Source: Tubiluchus corallicola (taxonomy: Eukaryota; Animalia; Priapulida). Taken from it: a stretch of 17,966 bases of DNA. Under the pieces are notes generated by a model. The model was not told where the DNA came from, ran no database searches, and worked only from the letters and a program-made list of their open reading frames with translations. Below are positions 10,185 through 17,966 of the stretch, piece by piece (the first letter of the stretch is position 1; each line of letters opens with the position of its first letter). The stretch covers positions 1 through 17,966 of the forward strand of contig JAQGDQ010002008.1 in NCBI GenBank assembly GCA_030141605.1, in the 5' to 3' direction. A program made the position numbers and the translations under genes.

Positions 10185-10214
10185 AATTGATGATCAAAAA
10201 AGTACACAACTAAC

Positions 10215-10990
10215 CAGTTTGAGCCGTTGTAACATGCCGAGATTTCGGTGTCTGGTGCTTCTCGGGACCAGGCTGTCTATCTGCCTGTCCATGTCGATCC
10301 ATTTGCTCACCAGTTTGATCCACCTGCTCACCACTTTGATCCACATGCTCACCAGTATGATCCACCTGCTCAGTAGTTAGATCCACCTGCTCAACAGTGT
10401 GATCAGTCTGCTCAGCAGTTTGACCCGCATGCATCCTTTTCGAGCGCTGAGATTTCGCAGTCTCGGGTGTCTCGATATAATCTTTCCCATCTGGCGGCGC
10501 CACAAGTGCTTTAGGGGTATATCCTACTGACGTGGACGAGGCAAGCGGTGCACTAGGCACGCTGGGAGCGGTCATAACGGAAGTAAGAGGTTCAAGACTT
10601 TCGGTCACATCCATCGAGTCGACCGGTTCATCGTACGGAGAGTATCCGTCGCTTCCGTATCTCCCGGATTCAGCTACTTCTGGTGATGCGTCTTTGTGCT
10701 TAGCAGCGCCTCGCTTAACCGTCCGTTTATCCTTAGACTTGGGAGGTCTACCTCTCCTCCGTGGTTGTTTTCCATTTTCTTGAGAATCCTTGGAACGTTG
10801 AGACGTCTCCCCTCCTTGCCTTGCCGTCTCCGCTCCTTGCTTTGCCGTCTCCCCTCCTTGCCTTGGCGTCTCCCCTCCTTGCCTTGCCGTCGCCCCTCCT
10901 TGCCTTGCCGTCTCCCTTCCTTGCTTTGCCGTCGCCGTCGAACTTGGAAATCTGGGAAATTCCTGACAAGCAAGAGCAAAAGCGTCTTCA
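10215..10990 (-). CDS. Exon D (776 nt) of the minus-strand gene: AT-hook plus two heptad-repeat blocks
   Basis: Branch point TACTAAC, polypyrimidine tract and ttaacag| acceptor at 10991; open for 258 codons (EDAFALACQEFPRF...PRRRGRPPK...MDVTES...TTAQT); donor ACTG|gttagt at 10214; phases 2 and 1 match both neighbouring exons. Includes ORF 10210-10614. Confidence 0.85.
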
Positions 10991-11094
10991 CTGTTAAAAA
11001 GGAAAAAGGAAAAGTTAGTAAAGAGTTAATAAAGGATGTGGCGTTTTTTAAACACTGAGGCTTAACACTTAACTGAGCAAGTAAAATGTGTTTA

Positions 11095-11690
11095 AAGTGT
11101 TCCCTCACGGGTGTTTTGCGATAAGTGAATTTCCGCGAAGTAGGGATGTTAGACTTATTTTAGTAGTTATACATTATTTTAAGTCTTTATAAACCCTCCC
11201 CACACTCTTACACACAACCCTTTCCTATTCCCTTAATAACTTTTCCCATACTGTACATGTACCCTTTAAAAAAGTTTACTCAAATGTTCATAAAAAGGTT
11301 TTAAACTCTTACAATCTCACGTCTGCAAGTAGCATCTCCAGGGGGCGCAAGTACTACATTTCGTTTTTGGTGTGTATTCATCCGCCAAATAAATACACTA
11401 TTTACTGTAAATGGTAATTTTTTATCATTCATAACATTCTTTTAATGTTAGGATTAATGTTTATAATATATTTTTATACATTTTGTGATTTTTTAATGCA
11501 AAATTCATCAAATCTATACGTTACTGTACAATACGTACTACGCATGTGCAAAAATACTTTAGACAGAGTACCGCAAAAAACCCGCGAAACAGTGAAAATA
11601 CCGCGATAAATATTTTACATTAATATTTTTGAAAACCCGCGAAACAGCGAGTCCGCAATAAACAAACCTCGAAGCAGCGAGTGAACACTG
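11095..11690. mobile_element. pogo/Tigger-like (Tc1/mariner superfamily) MITE, family P1
   Basis: Termini ta|aagtgttccctc and gcgagtgaacactg|ca; subterminal TTCGCGG-type motifs; second copy inverted at 17691-17966. Confidence 0.78.
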
Positions 11691-12181
11691 CAACACGAAA
11701 ACAAACTAAATGCTGGTTCAAGCATAACTAACTAGATTGTAGGCGACCAGTCACTGACCAGGTTCAGTGCTGCTTGCCTATAAATGTTAAAACTCTGCTT
11801 GTACAGCAGGGATCTTAGCGAAATGAAAATTTCGTATCGGTTTGCCGATAATTGCACTTTCGGTTCAGTTTTGTCGGAAATTATTAAGTTTGTAGCTGAA
11901 ACTTTTGGTAATTTTCGATAGCATTTTTCAGAGGATTTAGTTTTATTTGTCCAGCTCACCTTTTTTCTCATAGATGTTAAAAATTGCCGTAAAAAGTTTG
12001 ACTAAAATACTTCAAATAAAGCGTAAATATCGTTTGTTTCACCCTTTGTACTTTTTGTACTCAATGCGGCATATCTTCAGAGCTGACGACTGTTCGAGTC
12101 AAAACATGAAAAGAAGAAACATTTCGTTTGCCAAATCTGATACTAAGAATCTAGAAATTCAAAATACTTTAGCAAACGCAC

Positions 12182-12305
12182 CTGAGTTCTTCACGTCGTG
12201 CGGGAACTTTCCGCTCGTAACGTCGCTCCAAACTGATCGTCTGCTTGCGCTTTTTAGGGGGGCTCTCTTTAGCATCTTTAATGATTTTCTCCACGGAAGT
12301 CGGCT
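12182..12305 (-). CDS. Exon C of the minus-strand gene (PTSVEKIIKDAKESPPKKRKQTISLERRYERKVPARREEL), contains NLS-like PPKKRK
   Basis: ttcattttag|AG...CTCAG|gtgcgt; 124 nt, phase 1 to 2, joins exon D in frame (AG+T = Ser). Confidence 0.78.
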
Positions 12306-12348
12306 CTAAAATGAACACAGTTCAAGGCAAACTTAAGAGGCACCTAAT

Positions 12349-12432
12349 TATTTATTACAATATTACCAATTACATTTATTACAATATTACCAATTACATT
12401 TATTACATTTATTACAAAATTACATTTATTAC
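12349..12432. repeat. AT-rich minisatellite (24-bp unit x2 decaying into atttattac units)
   Basis: atttattacaatattaccaattac repeated, then atttattac repeats. Confidence 0.85.
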
Positions 12433-12908
12433 AAAGTACTCATACAAACAGAGTACTAAGCAAATCTGAAGCCCTACCACATACACTCTGAATTGCCTAG
12501 TTAAGCATAAACTTCACATATAATTAAAGGCACGTATACGTTCTTGTAATTTATAATTTACTCTCTTTAGAAATTATTTTTCTTATTTAACTGAGAAAGA
12601 GTGTTATAAACATTTCAAATACGCCATGTATTATCTTACATCACACTGCCAAAAGCAATTACAATGCTTGCTGAGTTTCCAGGCTTAACTGGATCATCAC
12701 ACATGGAACCCCAGAAGTAGCTCCACAAAAAAACTCAAAAAGATGCACTTACTAGAGAAATTACAAACTAGTCAATTCGACAGAACTACAAATAATCACT
12801 TGTCAAGAGAGACAATTTCGCATGGCAACCAATAGCAATCCGCAGAAACACAGGAGAGAAGTTTTGCCGAGTCAGAACTTTGGTTCAGGCTGGGTTGTTA
12901 TTGTACTA

Positions 12909-13577
12909 CAGTACGTCCTCGCTTAACAAAGCCAGTACAGTGCGTTCCAGCAAAATGCGACGTTAAACGAAACGTCGTTAAACGAAACCAAGCCTTCCGT
13001 AGAAAGTAATGTAAAGGAACTGAGATATGTTCCAGAGGCAAAAATCAATGCTGCTTAAATCATATACATTTCAACCGATTAACTTCTTTCTGTTTGCGTG
13101 AAACCGCCCATCTTTCTCATCAGCATCTAGCTAGACTTGCTAGTGATTTCTCCTCCCATTTAAACACTGCATGTTAAACAATAGGTCGTGAAAGCCAAGC
13201 TCTGCATGGAGTGACCTTGAGACAATTTCAAGTAGTACTAATCTGGTTGCTTAGCAACAAAAGTTGCAGACAAAATTTCTTCGAATAAAGTTTAAACTCG
13301 GGTGTCTGGAGACGTATAAATCAGCAAGTAGATCTCGCTTTTTACAAACGACTAGAATTTAGTACGTAATCAGTCAGAAAGCAAAAAAAGTATAATAATT
13401 GCACAGTTAGGTTAATAATGCATTTCTAGAACAAAATAATGCAATTTTTGGCACTTTAGTGCTTCAAATTAAGAAAAAAAGTTGCTGATAAAATAAAAAT
13501 GGCTGCGAGCAAGGTATAAAACTCGTTTATAAAAAGAAATGTCGCTAAACAGGGATTCGTTAAGCGAAAACTTGCTG
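12909..13577. mobile_element. Second pogo/Tigger-like MITE, family P2
   Basis: ta|CAGTACGTCCTCGCTTAAC at left and GTTAAGCGAAAACTTGCTG|ca at right form a degenerate TIR; subterminal cgttaaacgaaa repeats resemble Tigger-type ends. Confidence 0.68.
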
Positions 13578-13660
13578 CATTAGTATTACTAGTACAATGC
13601 ATGGAGCTTATTTAGAGATAAATATAAAAATGTGGTAGTCCTACACATAAGCAGCATTAC

Positions 13661-13810
13661 ATGCAGGCAGACAATCAGCTATGCAGACAGAAAACAAACC
13701 ATGCAGCCATACAACCAGTTAGGGAGAGAGTCAGCCCCTGTTATCTAAGCATACAGTCAGTTACACATGCAGATAGACAGCTAGGCATGAAAGCAACCAG
13801 ATATGCAGGT
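13661..13810. repeat. Degenerate 20-bp minisatellite (atgcagacagacaaccagc-like)
   Basis: atgcag at 13661, 13681 and 13701 with similar 20-bp units; decayed copies near 13767-13807. Confidence 0.6.
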
Positions 13811-14254
13811 AAAAACCTTGCAACAGCCAGCAAAGCGTATTCTTGAGATACTACAGTACGCTCGAAGCTTCTAACCCAGAAAGCGCAGATGAAACGCACA
13901 AATGACTCTTCGTCTTCTTAGCAAATGACTCGTTATCAAAATTGATCAATCGGATACGAAATAGATTCGGTAATCGATCTTTTCAAGGCATAAAAAATCA
14001 CTAATTTCACATTTTTCACAAATACAAGTGTTTGGTTGCAACAGATTTGTTATTTTAGTCATTGTGTTTTATCAGGAACTTTTGTATCCAAGTAGGACAA
14101 TAACTTACTATGCAAAGATAGTGCCATATTGCTCGATTTCACTGCACGGGTGGATATGTTTAGTGTGTGACATTTGTGGATTTTCCAAAAAAAATAATTG
14201 CATGTGGCATCGGTAATGCAATCAATTTTCATCGGCAGTTGAAAAAATAATTAA

Positions 14255-14805
14255 AGGAAAACTGAACGATTGTTTAGACTCAATCTCATTTTAATTTACT
14301 GACCAAAATATACATATTCTTGCCTATAAAAGTTAGCAATTGTTCCTTATATTTGAATAATTAGCTTAGAAAGTTAATTAACGACAACCGCACACACCTA
14401 TTGCTTACGTCAGAAACTAACCACAGTTTATGCAATAAAAGGCGTCTTCCCTTGCGCGTCAAGCACGTTTGCATAGGTGTTACAGTACTGTTTAAACGTG
14501 TGATGTCACGAAAAATGGGGTCTACGTCATATGATGTCATGAAACTAACATTGCAGTTCATGTTCATGCTTATCACGGCACCGCCTTCTATTTATTGGCC
14601 ACGCGCAAGTGAAAAAAAGGCGCCTTGCCAATCTTAGTAGATTCACTGAGCAGCGCATAGCTTTGAAAGTTTAATGAAATTTGAGTATCTGAGGTAATTA
14701 TTATTTAATCTAAGCTTTGATTTAAAATAAGCTATTGTAGTTTTCAATATTTTAGAGCATTCTTTATTCTGAACTCGTGTTTACACACAATCATCCAGTT
14801 TTCCT
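14255..14805. mobile_element. Kolobok/T2-like MITE, family K2, with intact TIRs and TTAA TSD
   Basis: TTAA|AGGAAAACTGAACGATTGT ... ACAATCATCCAGTTTTCCT|TTAA; 19-bp TIR with 17/19 match. Confidence 0.85.
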
Positions 14806-14953
14806 TTAATGATTGAAAAAAAAGCCCAAATTCATTATAAGTGATCAAATCCATTAACCTGTCCCACTACTAATAGAAAGGTGTACAGGTGCAACAAATG
14901 AGCCTTGCCATTACGCTAAACATATGCAAGAATGTGCAAGCCTTGTACAGATA

Positions 14954-14968
14954 CCACTAGATGGCAGC
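14954..14968 (+). promoter_or_regulatory. CTCF-like motif (full consensus match)
   Basis: CCACTAGATGGCAGC matches CCASYAGRKGGCRS. Confidence 0.6.
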
Positions 14969-14983
14969 ACCTTACAGAAATCG

Positions 14984-15601
14984 GACCGGCCACAAAAAAA
15001 ATTTGTTTCTGTCTTACCTCTTGAGCTCAAAAGATGTCAGCAGCGAAGAAAATTTTTTAAAACTTTGTAAATGTCTAAAACTGAATCGTGGAATATTTAA
15101 AATCAGTTGAAATCAAAGTTTGTTTATTTCCCACAGGTTGGTAGTAATGTTTTAAATTTTTTTAATTCACATTTTTTCACGCTTTGTATTTTAGTTTCGC
15201 ATTACTAAATAATCGTACAATTATCGATTATTGTATCTTTTTTTGTATCATAAAGGAGTATGTTCTGATAATTATGGTGTGCGGCAACACTGCTCGGCCA
15301 TCAATACATCAAACTCGCAAAAAAAATCCACACTTTTTAGCTTCCAATACAACGAACATCGTACAAAGTGGCAACCCCGGGCGAGAGTTGAGCGTAGCAT
15401 GTGCTACCTGCTGCATCCTGCATTCCCCACAAAAAAACAGCGTTATAATTATTGCATTTTACATTTTAAATTTAAAAAAAATACGCTTTTATATGACAGT
15501 GTCAAAATGTGCGAAAAAATGATAAAATTCCCGGCCGTGTGTGCGACAAAAAATATTACACGGGCACTTAGACGGAAACAGAAGTATTTTTACAGTCGGC
15601 C
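14984..15601. mobile_element. Probable old non-autonomous TIR element (GGCC-type termini)
   Basis: Left gaccggccacaaaaaaaatttgtttctgtctta vs reverse complement of right end ggccgactgtaaaaatacttctgtttccgtctaa; degenerate ~34-bp TIR; superfamily uncertain. Confidence 0.45.
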
Positions 15602-15719
15602 TCATCAACTACCATATTAGTTATTCAAAATTTTTTAATGAAATATTTCTCATTATAGTAGCAAAGAAAGAGTTATAAGCAATGTTACAAAGAAAAATAC
15701 ATGAGTTTTAGATACTTAC

Positions 15720-15803
15720 TGGTCAATTTAAACAATGGTTCCTGCTGGGCAGTATCATTAGAACCACTTGAGTGACCATTGTTGCTGCCAGTACGATCTT
15801 TAC
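15720..15803 (-). CDS. Exon B of the minus-strand gene (GKDRTGSNNGHSSGSNDTAQQEPLFKLT)
   Basis: gtgtttttttag|GT...ACCA|gtaagt; 84 nt, phase 1-1, open frame. Confidence 0.75.
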
Positions 15804-15886
15804 CTAAAAAAACACTTTTTGCATCACCTGACTTATAGACATCATCGCAAATAAAAAATATAGATATTTTTCTCTTCCATCTACAG

Positions 15887-16146
15887 TGTTAAATGACCAC
15901 TTTTCCGATAAATTTTGGACGCGACATCGTAAACTCGACCTGAGCAGGGTGAAATACAGCACCTTTATCGTACGTCGTCGTATAAGCCAATCTGGTCGTA
16001 AGTCGGTCATGTACGCATTCGTAGAGTGCTTTGTAAAGTGGAAACGCCAACATGTAGGGTGCTACATGCATAAATGCACCAAGTGTGGCAACTCCCACGG
16101 ACGAATTTATCAAAGCACAATTAAATTTTATCATAAAATTTTATGA
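15887..16146 (+). CDS. Possible plus-strand terminal exon (LNDHFSDKFW...CYMHKCTKCGNSHG...KIL*); strand ambiguous
   Basis: Strong acceptor tttttctcttccatctacag| at 15886; only the phase-1 frame is open; AATAAA near 16349 and 16500. A minus-strand exon 16061-15963 is an alternative reading. Confidence 0.3.
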
Positions 16147-16689
16147 AAAATTTACCTTCTAATTTATAAATGTTACAAGCATGTATTTGGCAAAGTACAC
16201 ATAATTATTAATAATTCATAATTTACCTTATAATTTTATCTTACAATTGTTGAGACATTGATAATGATAATTTAGTTGTAAAGTGCATAAATCGACAATT
16301 ATTGTCATCAGATGGCGCTATAAAACAGGTCTAAAATAAGAATGACTGCAATAAAATTTCATGGGGCAACTAATTAAATGTAATAGTAAAATAGGCTTTA
16401 AGACTCTCGCTAATTAAACGTTACAGTAAGAAGAGGTTATCACAATTTTTGTAAATTTTTATTTTTACTGTAATTATGCTTTATGCATTCCATGTTTGAA
16501 ATAAAATAACTACTTACTCAAATTTAATGTGCTTTAAAAAAAAATTATGAAAAAATTATAATGAAAGTTAGAATTAATACCGAATAACTAATTAATTAAC
16601 TTGAGGTCGTGGTCGTAAAGTTGATATGTAAACTCGACGTTGATCTTGCACAGGTCACAAGTCGAATTCAGAGTTCTCATAGCAATAAG

Positions 16690-16754
16690 ACACACATCCG
16701 CCCGCACGCCTGCCCTCCTGCATGCACGCACGCATGCACTCACACACACACGCA

Positions 16755-16785
<31 letters not shown>

Positions 16786-16879
16786 GCACGCGCACACACA
16801 CACTCCCTCATTCACACACATGCACACACACGCGTGCACACACAGACACACACTCCCTCATTCACACACATGCATGCAT

Positions 16880-16917
<38 letters not shown>

Positions 16918-17016
16918 ATGCACAGACACACACATGCACAGACATACACACGCACATCTGCACACACACACACACACACACACGTGCACATGCAAACACC
17001 CTCACGCACACACATA
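16690..17016. repeat. Compound (CA)n microsatellite
   Basis: CA/CACG/CATG runs with a duplicated cacactccctcattcacacacatgca block; explains the H/T and C/V ORFs. Confidence 0.96.
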
Positions 17017-17017
17017 C

Positions 17018-17188
17018 CGCGGAAGATATTTCCTGTACGTCGATCCAGCGATGTTTTAGAATCAGTAGGTTTAAACATTCCAACCAAACACGGCAGGTCG
17101 TGAATGGAATCACTGTCGTTCGGTGGGTATCTTAAGATGTTCTCTTCGGGTGTAAGCGATAAATGCAAACTTAAGCTATCTTCCTGGC
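17018..17188 (-). CDS. Exon A (first visible internal exon) of the minus-strand gene (QEDSLSLHLSLTPEENILRYPPNDSDSIHDLPCLVGMFKPTDSKTSLDRRTGNIFR)
   Basis: ttcttgttttttctag|GC...CGCG|gtatgt; 171 nt, phase 1-1; the gene start must lie further right, probably outside the window. Confidence 0.78.
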
Positions 17189-17690
17189 CTAGAAAAAACA
17201 AGAATTTACGAATCATCATACGAACCACAGCTGAGACATTTTCAAACTTGTAGAATTTTTTTTGGAGGGGGGGGAATATTGTATGAAAAAATCATTTAGA
17301 TTTCCTATCATTGATGTACGTATTTATGTAGCAGTTAAAAAACTATTTACAAATTTCTCCACTATTTTTTTACATCCAACTTGGTGTAAAATGTTGCAAA
17401 CATGAAACTAGGGATGCTACCAAAACCGAAATTTACGCATAATGTTAAGAGGGATTTTTGTTTTTTTTTGGTAGAACTTATAAGCTACAACTACTCTTAT
17501 ATCTTTTAACAAGATTAATTAGAGGAATTTGACGGGTCTTAAAAATTCATATGACATAAATTGAATTAAGAACTAATATTATAAATTTAATAATATTCTA
17601 ATATTAATTCAATGTTCTAGTAATATAACATACTAAAATGTAAATATGTGTATTTATAAATGGTAAAAGTTCTTGACATGATTGAAAATA

Positions 17691-17966
17691 AAGTGTTCCC
17701 TCGCTGCTTCGCGGTTCGTTTATCGCGGACTCGCTTTTTCGCGGGCTTCAAAAAATATTAATGTAAAATTTTTAACGTGGTATTTTCGCGGGTTTTTGTG
17801 GTACTCCGTCTAAAGTATTTTTGCACATGCGTAGTACGTATTGTACAGTAATGTATAGATTTGATGAATTTTGCATAAAAAAATCACAAAATGTATAAAA
17901 ATATATTAAAAATATTAATTCTAACATTAAAAGAATATTATAAATCATAAAAATTACCATTTACAG
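17691..17966. mobile_element. Partial P1 MITE copy, inverted relative to 11405-11690, cut by the window end
   Basis: ta|aagtgttccctcgctgcttcgcgg...ttaccatttacag is the reverse complement of 11405-11690. Confidence 0.85.

Noticed and set aside
10960-10990. EDAFALACQE as the last helix of a PWWP domain (LEDGF/HDGF-like)
   Set aside because: The in-phase upstream exons contain no PWWP-like sequence.
10674-11108. Alternative-frame ORFs over the 21-bp repeat (RRQGKEG, GDGKARR, LPSLPCR, PSPLLAL)
   Set aside because: Shadow frames; only the frame with the AT-hook stays open through the whole exon and fits both splice phases.
16600-16680. C2H2-like string CDLCKINVEFTYQLYDH on the minus strand
   Set aside because: The last His is missing and I found no acceptor/donor pair in a phase compatible with the flanking exons.
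16588-17135. His/Thr-rich and Cys/Val-rich ORFs
   Set aside because: Translations of the (CA)n tract; only 17018-17188 has exon signals.

Overview
AT-rich, repeat-dense eukaryotic (animal-type) genomic DNA, not prokaryotic; most ORFs in the supplied track are artefacts of microsatellites or non-coding transposons. By hand I can assemble a spliced minus-strand gene fragment from five GT-AG exons (17188-17018, 15803-15720, 12305-12182, 10990-10215, 8204-8080). Their intron phases all match and they give about 426 uninterrupted codons. The protein is low-complexity and probably nuclear: an SV40-like NLS (PPKKRK), an AT-hook (PRRRGRPPK) and two separate 6 x 7-aa repeat blocks. I do not recognise the gene. 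At the left end a GC-rich promoter-like island and a plus-strand signal-peptide first exon (1439-1498) lie between the arms of an inverted duplication of at least 815 bp (1-815 vs 1802-2629). The rest is transposon debris and tandem repeats: three 3' fragments of a CR1/L2-group LINE (two with TSDs at similar target sequences), an RTE-like LINE remnant, TTAA-flanked Kolobok/T2-type MITEs, pogo/Tigger-like MITEs, a 122-bp array apparently amplified from a MITE terminus, a 63-bp CRE-containing triplet, and GA, GAAT and CA microsatellites. Several CTCF-like motifs suggest a bilaterian source. Family assignments rest on motif recognition only; no database search was run.
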